Source: Salpingoeca rosetta
Lineage: Eukaryota > Protista > Choanoflagellata
NCBI GenBank assembly: GCA_033442325.1
Contig: JAWQFM010000002.1
Span: forward strand, 1,318,664 to 1,349,886
Direction of reading: 5' to 3'
DNA: 31,223 nucleotides
The notes beneath the pieces are model-generated. The model saw only the letters and a list, made by a program, of their open reading frames with translations. It ran no database searches and had not been told where the DNA came from. The position numbers and the translations under genes were made by a program. Shown here piece after piece: positions 15,903 through 27,858 of this stretch (positions within the stretch are counted from its first letter, which is position 1; every line of letters begins with the position of its first letter).

Positions 15903-18153
15903 CTCGCACGCAAACACACGCACACACACACACACACACGCACGCACACACACACACACCTACTCACTGCATGTACGTCAACCGTTTTGGTGCTTTCCAT
16001 TTACAACAACAGGTCCACGCTGTGAGTCAAGAAGGGTGGTCACTGTCCGTGGAGCTGACGTCCACGTCCTCCGTTGCCCTGCTGCGCATGCGCGTGTGTC
16101 GGTTTGCGAAGATGTCTGGCGACCGGTTGCAGCTCTCCTTCCAGGACCGCGTGCTCTCTGCGCGCGACGACCACTCCACGCTGGCCATGGTCGGCCTCTA
16201 CCACGGCGCCATTATCGAGGTGGAGACGGTTGCAGACTCAAAGTGCCTCGACATGTGCCCGCAGCCAAACGCCCGCAAGGAGGAGAAGCTGCCGAGCAGG
16301 GCGCTGTCGCATTCCAAGCAGCACCACGACATGCTGCGCCGGTTCCTGTTGGAGGACGTGCCGCCCGCCGTGCAGGACGCGGCGATGCGCGTGCTGCTGC
16401 ACCTGCCTGGTGACCTCGATCTCCAGCGCACCGTGTTTGCTACGGTGGTTGACCAGCAGCAGAGTATCTCGCCGCTGTTTGAGGACGCCACGCTGCCGCT
16501 GCTGCAGTACCGCCTGTTTGTGCTGTGCAGCGTGCTGCGGCCCTCGCGCCCAGACACGTTTCCCAAGGCCGCGATCCAAAGCTTCAAGGCGCTGTTCTGG
16601 TCGTGCTTCGGCGTCGACGACGTGCTTCGTCTGCTGCAGGCCCTGACATCCCCGCTTGGCGAGGAGACCAACCCGTTCCGCTACTCCACGGCGATGCGCG
16701 CCTTGCAGGCGCTGCTCGTTGTTGTGCACGAGCTGGTTGACCGCTCGCTCGCCATTGCCAAGGAGGCCGGCGACGACCAGGCCAACACTGCAGGCTCTAC
16801 CACCAGCGCTGGCAAGAACAAAAACAAGGCCTCTGGCGTGGACGACACGTGCACGCCGCCGCTGTCGCCGGCCAAGGCAGCAAAGGCCAGCGAGGCCGCC
16901 GGGCCGTCAACCCCACAGCGCGTGCCGTCAGAGCAGTCAAAGGCGCAGGCGCAGGCCGTTGCACAGAGCGCCGACGTGGAGTCGCCGCTGAAGAAGCACG
17001 CCGGTGAGGGCAAGCGCTCCTCCGACTCCGCCACAGCCACGACCACGGCCACGGCAAGCAGCACCAGCACCGACGCAGCTGGAACAGCAGCAACGGCCGT
17101 GGTGTCAGCACCCTCTGGCGCGTCATCTTCGTCGGGTTCCACAAGTTCCGGCGTTGCCAAGGGCCAGCGCCACGCCCAGCAGCAGTCTGGGGCGTCCTCG
17201 CCAACCTCCTCGCGTTCACCGCCCACGCCCGCGTCGGCATCGTCACGCTCGCCTTCGTCCGAGTCGAGCCCACTGGACCAAGCCCTGTCCGCGCAGCAGC
17301 AGCAGGCGCTGTTGGATGCGCTCCTCACCGTGTTTCGTGCGGTGTGCGACCCGACAGAATTTGGCGCGCGCATTAACAAGGACACCGCTGCCGACAACCT
17401 GCCTGTGGCCATGGACCTTGTGTATTTATTCAAACGCATCAGCAACCTGAGCAGCCCCATCTGCGCGTCGCTGGTTGCGGCGTGGTCCACCCCAGACATG
17501 CTGCGCCTGCTCACGCTGCGGTGCCCGTATGCACACGTGCGCAGTGTTTGCGTGCGCCTGCTTTGTGATGCCGTCAAGGACCTGCCTGCAGCGCAGGGCC
17601 CGCTCTGGCACACGGCGTCCATGCTGTTGGATGATTGCCAGGACCTTCAAGGCACGTGCGAGTGCGACCACTTTTTCCAGCTGTTCAGCTGCCTCGTGCT
17701 TCTGCCCGACGTGGACATACCGGAAGCAGAGCTGCTCTCCCTTGCCTCAAAGCAGGTCACCTGGCTCGAGGTTCGTTGCTGTGGCTGCTGCTGCTGCTGT
17801 TGCTGTTGTGCTTGTGTGGTCTGGGGAGCAGAAAGAGGGGTTGTGTTTGCTGTGAGATGTGCTTGCTGGCAGTTGCAGTTGCTGTTGTTGTCCGTGTGCT
17901 GCCACCGTGTGGTCGTAGCAAACCAGCACTGTCACCGCCTCACTGCTGCCAATGCTGTGTTGCCAGGCGTTTTGTGCGGATCCCTCTGATGCAGCAGCGC
18001 GGCAGGATGTGCTTGCGGGTCGCCTCAAGCTCATCGACGCTATCCTCTCCCGTCTCTCCACCGTTCCCCCGCAGCTGGTGCGTCTCCACACTGTGCTGTT
18101 TCCTCTCTTGGCCAAAGCGTGTGTGTGTGTGTGTTTGTTTGTGTGTGTGTGTT

Positions 18154-18230
<77 letters not shown>

Positions 18231-18837
18231 CGATGTGCTGTTTGATTCTGCTCGGAACTGATTGCTCATGGCTGTGCCGTTGTCATGCAGCACGAAGGGT
18301 TTGTGTGCGGGATGCTGAACCACCTCCTCTTCCGCTGCGGCCGCTACCTGGCCGACCTGCGCGCCCTGCCAGAACTGCCATCCGTGAGTCATCCGAGTTG
18401 TCTTGTTTGACTTCATGTGTGTGTGTGTGAACGCGATTTTGTTCGCGTGTGTGCGTGTGTGCTTGTGTGTGTATGCGTGCGTGTATGCGTGCGCGTTGTT
18501 GGTTTTGGTGTATGATTGCTCGATGGGCGTTGATTAGTCTCACGATTGCCGTGGCCGGCGTCAACTGCCCCCCCCCCCAAAAAAAAACTCAAAACACGTG
18601 CAGGATCTGGCTGTTCCTGAGTTTGCGTGCGACTCGGAGAAGCCGCGGGAGGAGGCTTTCAATGTCCTCATCAGCCTCGTGTCGCGAGACGTGACGCTCT
18701 TCAACCTCATCGCATCAGACCTCAAGGAGCTCCACTACGTCCCAGAATACATGTACGTTTGTTACATACCCAACCACAGACATAAGCAACTGCTCGCCAA
18801 ACACGCACGCACGCACACACGCACATACACACTCAAG

Positions 18838-18869
<32 letters not shown>

Positions 18870-21800
18870 AGACACAGACACAGACACACACACACACACG
18901 CACATAAAGAGACAAACCCATTGCATATTCGCTGACGGTTTTGTGTCTTGACGTTGTGGGTTCAGGCTGAAGACCGAATTCGGGTTCCAGCCTGTAATCA
19001 AGCCACGCACCCCTGGCGCGTTTGTTGGGCTGAAGAACGCTGCAGCGACATGCTACATGAACTCTGTGCTGCAGCAGCTCTTCATGCAGGTGCGTGTGTG
19101 CGGGCTGCGTTGATGGAGACGCTTGCGCTTGCATTTCAACAACAGCCCTGCTTCGCAGACACACACATGCATACATGCACGCATGCCAATGTTTACGCTC
19201 ACACAAACTATCCTCCAACACCCACTCCCACTCATATGTGTTGGTTGCAGCCTGACACGCAGCAGCTGTTGCTGGGACAACTGAACATCCCTGCCGAAAA
19301 GCAGGAGGACAGCGTGCTGCACCACGTGACCCGCATGTTTGCCCACCTCAAGTACAGCGCTCGCCAGTACTACACGCCAAAGGTCGTGTGTGCTGCACTT
19401 GCGTGTTGCCGTTCCTCGTTGCTGTTTTCGCTCTTCTCTGTTTTGCCGATGCCCCAATCTGCTTGTCATTGACGAGTCCCCTTGCTCACACGCATTCTTC
19501 TGTTGTGGATGCAGGGCCTGTGGCGCACGTACAAGCACTGGGGCGCCCCCGTGGATGTGCGAGAGCAGCAGGATGCATGCGAGTTCTTCAACTGCCTCAT
19601 TGATCAGGTGCTGTGGCGTGCGTGTGTGTGCATGTGTGCGCAAGTGTGCGTGCGTGCGTGTGTGTGTGTGCATGTGTACCTAAGTGTGTTCTTGTCACTC
19701 GTTGTGTCAGCACTTGTCAACTTATGACACAGTGTGCTCGATGGTGCTGGCCAGGTGGACGAAGGGCTCAAGTCTCTGAAGAAGCCGGCAGCGCTCTGCC
19801 AAGTCTTTGGCGGCATGTTTGTTGACCAGAAAATCATCAAGGTTTGATCTGTGCACACATGTTTTTCCCTCCTACACATTCACATTCATACACGCTGCGT
19901 TGCGGGCTGAGCCTCCTAGCACACAATATTGCGCTAACTCACCCTTCCACTTGTTATAATGGCTGGCAGAGCGGATGTTCACACCGGTATGAGCGCGACG
20001 AGCCGTTTACAACCATCCCGATTGCCATCCGCAACTGTAAGACGCTTACACAAGCCCTGGACAACTACGTTCAGGGCGAGCTGCTCGAGGGCGCAAACGC
20101 ATACAAGGTAAAGCACGCGAGGGAAGGTAGAGATGGCAAATGAAGGTGCAGGTGGCAAATGAATTGAGTGCTTGTGAACGAGAAGGGACAAGCCACAAGG
20201 GCCTGCTCAGCGGTCAATGCTTGCGTGAGCTGCTGCGTCCTGGGTGTTTTTCCTTGTCGCTTGTCCTTGTCTCATCGTTGTGTTGTCTGAATGTGTTTTC
20301 AACAGTGCGAGAAGTGCGATGCGAAGCGCGACACGATCAAGCGAACGTGCATCAAGACGCTGCCTCGCGTTCTCGTTCTCCAGCTGAAGCGGTGTGTACT
20401 CACTCTTCTTGCATGCTTGAGGCTTGCTTCCCGAGCGTGTGGGAGAGACTTTGAAGCTGCTTTGCGCCTGAGTATTTTGCTTGCGTGTCTTTGACTTTGG
20501 AATTGACCTTGGTATTGACTTGGGCAAACGTACACCCGTGGGTTGTTGCACTTGTGCTTTTGTGTGCGCTCATGCATGCGTTTGCGTCACAGCTTTGATT
20601 ATGACTGGGAGCGGGGCGTGCCTGTGAAGTTCAACGACTACTTTGAGTTCCCGGATGAGCTTGACATGGGCCCGTACACGGCTGCTGGCCGCGCTGCCGT
20701 CGAGGACGACGCTGGCGAGGTGCCGTTTCTCATCGGTCTCTGTGTGCCCGATGTGAATGCGTGCGTGTTTCTGTGTGTTTCTGTGCGTTTCTGTGCGTAT
20801 CTGTCAGTCTGTCAGTCTGTCAGTCTCTATTTCTCTCTGTCTTTCTCTTCCTCCCTCCCTCCCCGCTCTCTCTGTCTCTCTCTTCCTCCCTCCCTCCCTC
20901 CCCCCTCTCTCTGTCTCTCTGTCTCTCTCTTCCTGTTGTTGTGACGCAGTGTGTCTGTGTTGGTCCTTGCTTCTTCTTTCATGCTTCCCCAACAGGTTCC
21001 CAAGGAGATGTATCGGCTTGCGGGCGTTGTTGTGCACAGCGGCCAGGCGAATGGCGGCCACTACACGTCGTACGTGTGCCAGCGCGACCACGCTGGCAAC
21101 ATGTCGGACAGGTGGCTCCTGTTTGAGGACCACGAGGTACGCAGCGAACGAACTCGACTGTGTTTCCTTGACGCTTGCCATGACACATAAGCATCCATGT
21201 TCCTTAAACCAACACCCCCCCCCCCCACAAAAAAACAAAAAACAAAAACAAAAAAACAAAAAACAAAACAAAACAAAACAACAAGTCCCCTCTTCCAATG
21301 TGCTCCTTCCTTAACCTTCTTCTGTGTCTCCTCCTTTCCTCCTGTGTTTGCGTGCCTGCTTGCCTGGCAGGTGACGGATGTTGAGTTCAGCGGGGTGCAG
21401 TCCATGGCGACGCAGTGGTTTGGCGGCGAGACCACCTCCCAGGTGTATGACAAGCAGCTCGGTCGCACCGTCCCCCGGGTGCGCGACCGCTGGTGGAACG
21501 CGTACATGCTCTTCTACGAGCGCGTCAACGTTGGCCCACTGGAGCTGGCACTGCCAAAGCCGTCACCGGCGGCGAAGGAGGAGGGAGCAGCAGCACGGGC
21601 CAAGGGCAGCGGGGACGCCATGGAGGAAGGGAAGCAGGGCGAAGAAGAGGGGAATGAAGAGGAGGAGGAGCAGCCGTTTACACAGATTGACTGCACGCCG
21701 TCTGTGTCGCAGCGGCTGAATGTGATGCACGACAACATTGTGTGGGGCCACCAGCGCGAGATGTTCAACACGGAATACTTTGACTTCATCTTCCGCCTGG

Positions 21801-24800
21801 CTGGCGTTGTTGGCGACTGCATTGAGGTGAGCATTCCGGCCAAGGGCATTGCCGCCCAACGCAAGTCGAAGACGGACGTGGTGGCGCTCGATGACGCGGC
21901 GCAGCTGGACGCCCTCGCTGTTCAGGCAACGGACCTCTCCCTCGACTTTCTCCTCGGTGACGCCCTCCTGTACGTTGATTCGCGATGAACATCACTCACG
22001 TGTCTTGGTTGGCTTTGCGATGGCTTTTCATGTGGTGTGGTGCGGCGTGGTGCGGCGTGGTGTGGTGCGGCGTGGTGTGGCGTGGTGTGACCGTGCCTTC
22101 GTTGTGGCTGTTCATTATGTGTTGTTGGATTGCACACGTTGTCTTCTATGTTGGAGCTCTGAACCATGTGTGATGATTGATTCATTCTGGCCACACGTGA
22201 TGCAAACTCCACCCTCGTCTGCGCGCGCTCTTTCTCTCACCAAAATGCGTTTTTTTCTCTTCACAGGACGGACGATGAGATTCGGGACTCGCTTGATGAT
22301 TGGCCGGTGACGCTGCGCCCGCTGCTGCGCCACTCGACCACCTGCCGCGAAATGGCCCGGCAGCGCCTGCAGTCGGAGACAGAGTTTATCAAGTTCCTCA
22401 TCCTCAACCCAGACGACGACGCGCGTGCGGTACGCTTTCAACCCACTGGCCTGCCTGATGTGACTTGACACAGCACTTGTGGCATGTCTGCTCGACGTGT
22501 GTGATTTGTTTGATTGTTTCTTCACCTTTGTATTCAAGATCGTTCGCTCGTTGCGGTTCATGGTGGTGGTGCGCCATGCATGCGTTCTCGTGCTTTTCTG
22601 CGACTCACATTTATATTTGCTTGGTTTTGTTTGTTTGGGTGTGTGTGTGTGCATGCTGCCCGTCTGCCCGTTTCTTTCCCTCGTGCCACCGCGTCTGTTT
22701 CTGTTGTGCCTCCTTTAGGCGTTTTCGCAGTTTGTGTTTGAGGTGGTGTATGCGAGCATCTTGGAGGATGGCCCCGACGTCGGCCTCCCGCTCGCCACAC
22801 ACACGTGCAAGATTGTGCACACGGCCCTCAAGACGATTGGCGTGCTGCAGTTCTCGCAGATTGGCGAGTCGTTCCAGCTGCTGCTGGAGTATGTGAAGCT
22901 CGGCAGCCAGTACCGGCAGCTGATGATTGACCTGGACATGATGCCCATCCTGCTCACTTTCCTCCAGCACATGGGTGAACTCGGCCTGCAGAACCCGCTC
23001 TGCTTCAAGTGAGTGCTCGCTTGTGTGTGTGTGTGTGCGTGCGTGTGTGTTTGAGAGAGAGAGAGTGTGTAAATATGAGTGAGTGAGTGAGTGTGTGAGT
23101 GAGAGAGAGAGAGAGAGTGTGTGTGTGTGAGTGAGTGTGAGTGTGTTTGAGAGAGAGTGTGTGTGAGTGTGTGTGTGAGTGTGTGTTTGAGAGAGAGAGA
23201 GTGTGTGTGTGTGAGTGTGTGAGTGAGTGAGTGAGTGTGTGAGTGAGTGAGTGAGTGAGTGAGTGAGAGTGTGTGTGTGTGAGTGTGTGAGTGAGTGGAG
23301 TTGTCGTACACGTGCGCCTTTTGTTAACAAACGGACGGGTGTTGTGTTGGTGAGAAAAGGTGGACGTACAGTGTTCACACGGTTCACCATCTCCCACCCC
23401 TTTGCCACATCATTTCTCATTCTCATCTTGTTCTCCCCTTCACTTCTGTGTTCCTCTCTCGCCCCATTATCATGTCGTTTTCCATGCGCCTTGTTCCCTC
23501 CTCCTCCCGTGTGTAGCCTGCTTGTGTCGCTGGTGAGCGTGCTGATCCGGTCGATGGGCATGTCTTCGCTCCGCACCTGTGAGCCGCCGCAAGGGGTGAG
23601 CCCGCCGACGCTGCTGCTGCACGACAAGGAGATTGGCGGCACGAGCCAGCCGCTGCCACTGCTTGAATCTGTGTGCGCGCTGCTGCCGGACAGTTCGTTC
23701 TGGCGCGCGCTGCTTGAGCGGCACGCCGGCAACATGTACGCCATGAACATGGTGTGCGATGCCTGCTTCTGCAGCCAGCACGTCTCCTACGTGGTACGTG
23801 TTCAATGCGATGCGAGCGTGCCTCCCTGTCCAGGCTTTTGATGTCTTCCTTCTATGTCCAGGCTTTCGATGTCTTCTTTCGCTTGTTTCATTTGTTTGAT
23901 GTGCTTTTGGGTTGGTTTCATCTGTTTTGATTTGATTTGGTTTGATTTGGTTTGATTGGTTTGGTTTGATTTGTTGTTTGCGTGCGCACGAAACAAGCCA
24001 ATTGCCACCCCTCTTGTTCTTATCATTCACACTGCTTGTTGCTAAATGCCCTCACTTCGTCACACTCTCAGGTGATTTTGACGTTGAATGTGCTGGTGGA
24101 TGAGCTGCACCACTACGAGTTCCACCCGTACCTCAACCTCCTACAGCGCGTGTTCCAGATTGACGACGGCATGCGTCTGTACCGCTTCCGCCTCTCGTGC
24201 GAGGTGCGCTGTTGGCCATGTTGCAGACGTTGCCATGTTGTTGCGTGTTGCAGTTGCCGTCTTGTTGCCGTGGTGTTTGCATGTTTTCGAGTGCACACCT
24301 TGCGCCTTGGGGTGTCGTTGCGGAGATTGGTTGGTGGTATCTCACCCAACAGCTTTCCTCGCTGCCGTGGCCGTTGCTTGTTGGTTGATTGTTTGCAGGG
24401 CAACAACGAGCAGTTTGTCAGCCTCTTCCGTGTCATCAACTTCTGCAAGTGCGTGCCTCGTGCATGCGCTGTGAAGTTATGCTGTGTCGTTGTGGTGTGA
24501 AGTTGTGCCGTAAACATTTTGCTTGACAATGCTTGCGCACGGGTCTCACACCCTTTTGTGCCATCACTACTACCTCCACCACCACCATCGCCACCGCGCA
24601 CCATTGCTCCCGTCGTTTTGTTTCTGCTGCACCCAGGATGCAATTCCACAAGAAGTCGTACTTTGTTGCGAAGGTGTTGACGTGGGCGCTGCTCAACTTT
24701 CCCGAGCTGCGCGAGTACTTGGTCTCGGACCGCGTGCGCAAGCACTGGATCTGGGTCATCAACTGGCTTGGGATGCAGCTGCACACAGCCATCATGTACG

Positions 24801-25752
24801 TGCTGCTGCGTGCCGTGGGTCTTGCTTTGCACAAAACAAAACAAGAACGGAAGCGGGTGGAGGAGGATTAGGGGTTGTTTCTTGAGGTGGCTGTGGGTCG
24901 GATGGTTCATGCGGATTGGGGGGTGCAAGCGAGACCTGCCACGCTCCTGCCACGATGATTTTTTTTGTTTTGTGTGCGTGTGCGTGTGCGTGTGCGTGTG
25001 CGTGTGCGTGTGCGTGTGCGTGTGCGTGTGTGTGCTTGTTGCTCATGTGCTCGTTTGCTTGCCGATGTCAAGTGTTGCGACCTCACACATGTACATGTGC
25101 ATGCACACATTGGACATGATGACAGGCCCGTGGAGCACGAGAGCAACGTGGACTCGAGGTCGTATGCGATTGAGCGGACGGACTCGGCGGTGAATCTGCA
25201 TCGCGCTCTGCTGGCCTCGTGTGGCACCTTGACTGCCAAAGCACCATCTACCGACAACGCTGAAGAAGACGATGATGATGGCGATGACGACGACGACGAC
25301 GACGACAATGATGATGCCAGTGATGAGAATGATGATGCGCAGGCCGCCAAGAAGGCGGCGGGAGGCAAGGCGCGTGCACGCTTGCGCGACGATGACGAGA
25401 ACGACGATGGCGTTGATGGTGGCAGCAACGCTAACAATGTATGTATGCATGCGTGCGTGCGTGCGCATGTGTATGTGTGTATATGTGCGTGTATTGTGCG
25501 TGGATGTGGGCAGCGTGTTTGCTTTACGTTTCCTGCTAGTTTGTGCGTGGGTGAAATACTGCGTGTCGCTGACAAGCCTTTTTTGTTTTGCGTCCGTTGC
25601 TGTTGTTTGACTGGTTGCAGATGATGGATGACAGCGAAGAAGGATCAGCACCGTCAAAACAAGCGTCGAGCACACCCTCCAGTGACAAGGCTAACGACAC
25701 GCACCAAGATACAGAGCAACCACAGCACCAGGACACCCAAAGCTCCGCCTAA
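10548..25752 (+). CDS. Large ubiquitin-specific protease of the USP9X(FAF)/USP24 family, ~2557 aa, 33 coding exons
   Basis: Exons: 10548-10667, 10891-11026, 11263-11369, 11618-11710, 11883-11952, 12190-12317, 12545-12634, 12833-12958, 13184-13258, 13548-13636, 13924-15259, 15536-15685, 16013-17770, 17967-18077, 18291-18383, 18604-18752, 18966-19089, 19251-19382, 19515-19607, 19755-19841, 19970-20107, 20306-20391, 20593-20719, 20996-21136, 21371-21969, 22267-22429, 22719-23008, 23517-23793, 24072-24203, 24399-24448, 24637-24795, 25126-25438, 25621-25752 (7674 nt). Cys box [22 protein letters not shown]; [10 protein letters not shown]; CxH plus CEKC Zn site; LQLKRFDYDWE; His box [15 protein letters not shown]; [15 protein letters not shown]9/24-type N-terminal blocks ([19 protein letters not shown]) and an internal UBL-like segment near 16035-16225. 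USP9 versus USP24 cannot be resolved by eye. Confidence 0.92.
15294..15395. repeat. ~49-bp tandem duplication in a USP intron
   Basis: tgcgttgttgtgtgctgaaatgttttgca.tttg.gtttgtgtgtttg occurs twice in tandem. Confidence 0.85.
15755..15959. repeat. ~200-bp (CA/CG)n alternating tract in a USP intron
   Basis: Read directly. Confidence 0.95.
18118..18229. repeat. (GT)n microsatellite in a USP intron
   Basis: Read directly. Confidence 0.95.
23022..23296. repeat. Compound (GT)/(GA)/(GAGT)n tract in the longest USP intron
   Basis: Read directly. Confidence 0.92.
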
Positions 25753-26009
25753 TTGACCCATGATTGACCAGTTCCACTCAATTTTTCCCCCCTCAGCTTT
25801 TTCTCCCATATTTGTGCACTGTGAGAGAGACGGAGTGTGTGTTCACGTGGTTGCTGGTGTGTGCAGTGATGGTGTTTGCTGCTGTGTTGTGCTGCAAGCA
25901 CCTGCTGGCTCTCAGACAGATAGAAGTTATGTTCGTGGTGTTAGTGGTGTTTGGTGTTCATGGTGTTGGTGTTCGTGTTCTGGTGGATTATTCTCAATAA
26001 TTTCAACAA

Positions 26010-26029
26010 GTTTCCGTATCCGTTGCCAA
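26010..26029 (+). promoter_or_regulatory. Candidate RFX (X-box) half-site cluster upstream of DNAL1
   Basis: GTTTCC-GTATCC-GTTGCCAA lies about 37-55 nt upstream of the ATG of a ciliary gene, just after an AT-rich patch (25988-26008). Confidence 0.55.
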
Positions 26030-26065
26030 GTCTCGGCTCAGCCAACCCCAACAACAACAACAGAC

Positions 26066-27822
26066 ATGGTGCGGGAGAGGGGAAGACAAGGATACAAGCA
26101 GTGAAAGGGGATAGGTTGTGAGGGCAGGGGCACACCGCGCTGTGCTGTCGTTGGTTGGTTGGTTGGTTGGTTGGTTGGTTTCAGCGCACCATCTACTCAC
26201 GCTGGTTTTTGTGTTGGGTGCTACGTTGGTGTGTGGTGTTCTGCCTCGTGCCTTGACAGTCGAAGGGAACGTCGATCAAGGAGGCCATCAAGCAATGGGT
26301 GAGAATGAATGGGGAATGAAGGGGAGAGTGTGAGAGCATCGTGCATTGCGGGAGGGAGTCACTAACATTCTGCGTATGCGTGTATGTGTGTGTGTGCGTG
26401 TGTGTGCGTGTGTGTGCATGTGTGCGTGTGTGCGTGCGTGTGTGTGCGTGTGTGTGTGTGCGTGTGTGCGTGCGTGTGTGTGCGTGTGTGTGTGCATGTG
26501 TGTGTGTGTGTGTGTGCGTGCGTGCACCGTTTGAATGAGTAGCAGTAACGACCTCGCAGGCGAGCACGACTCTCGCCAAAACAGTTCTGTGCCATCTCTG
26601 ACACCCAGTGCCACTCGTTTGTTACTCGTGTCGTGTTTGGACACATAGGAGGAGAAAGAGGGCACGCCCGTGGCAGATGCAACCGTGGTGAAGCTGCTGG
26701 GCAAGATTCCGCCCATTGAGAAGATGGACGCTGCCCTCTCTGCCTTGTCACACGTCCAGTAAGTTTGAATGCGTGTGTGAGCGTGGTGTGAGCGTGTGTG
26801 TGTGCATGCGTGTGAGCATGGATGTGAGTGTGTGAACGTGTGAGTGTGAGTGTGAGTGTGAGAGATCGAGACACTCACTGTGAGGGAGCAGGGAGGAGGA
26901 ATGAGTTCCGTGGCTGTTCCGCCCGCTCGCCTTGCTTTGCGGGTGTGCATCCGTGTTGCTGTGTACATGCAGCCGCAAGTCATCGTGCTCATGTTCCGTA
27001 CGTGGCGAATACCACCCCCCTCCTTTCCCCTCTAGGCAGCTATCGCTGTCGACAAACTGCATCGAGAAGATTGCCAACCTCAACGGCTTCAACAACTTGC
27101 GCATCCTGTCTCTGGGCCGCAACAACATCAAAAGCTTGGCCGGCCTGGTACGCTCCTGCAACGCACCTCGAGTTGTGCTGTTGCGTCGTGTTGCTCTTCC
27201 GCGCGTCATGAGTAGTTTAGTTGTACGCATGTTGTGGTGTGTGGCCAAAGTGTGTCTTGTGCTCACTGCTGCGTGTTGCGCGCATCTGATCCGCTGCCCC
27301 AATACCGCTGTTACTGCTAATCAGGAGCCTGTGAGCAAAACGCTGGAGGAGTTGTGGATTTCATACAACAACATTGAAAAGCTCAAGGGCATCGAAGTGC
27401 TGAGCAATCTCAAGGTTTGTGTGCGTGTGTGTGTGTGCGTGCGTATGTGATCGTATGTATGTGTGCATGCGCGTGTGCGTGTGCTTGTGTGTGTGTGTGC
27501 ATGCGCGCGCGCGTGTGTGTGCTTGTGTGTATGTGTGCATGTATGTGTGCATGCGCGTGTGCATGAGCTTGTGTGTGAGCGTAGCACGTGTGCAGGGTCG
27601 CTGCCTTTGTGGCTGGCATGAGTTATCCTGCTGCATTGGTACACCTGGTGCACGTTCATGTGACCGGCCATGCGCGTGTGTGTTGCAGGTGCTGTACATC
27701 TCAAACAACAAGATTGCAGACTGGAAGCAGTTTGACCTGCTGGCGAAACTGCCGAGTCTTGAGAGCCTCGTGATGACGGGAAATCCGCTGCAGGAGAAGC
27801 ACATGGAGGCCGGAGGTGCGCA

Positions 27823-27858
<36 letters not shown>

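Noticed and set aside
21970-21988. Apparent in-frame TGA after ..LLYVDSR, suggesting a premature stop, readthrough or selenocysteine in the USP
   Set aside because: A canonical donor CT|GTACGT at 21970 removes it and restores phase with the exon at 22267.
3989-25752. Ubiquitin-themed cluster (Elongin A, URM1, USP) as a functional operon-like system
   Set aside because: Ubiquitin-system genes are numerous, the pathways differ (URM1 is made with a mature GG end and needs no protease), and adjacency alone is not evidence.
26535-26648. ATG at 26535 as the DNAL1 start
   Set aside because: The conserved N-terminus [13 protein letters not shown] is on an upstream exon (26260-26298), preceded by ATG|GT at 26066.
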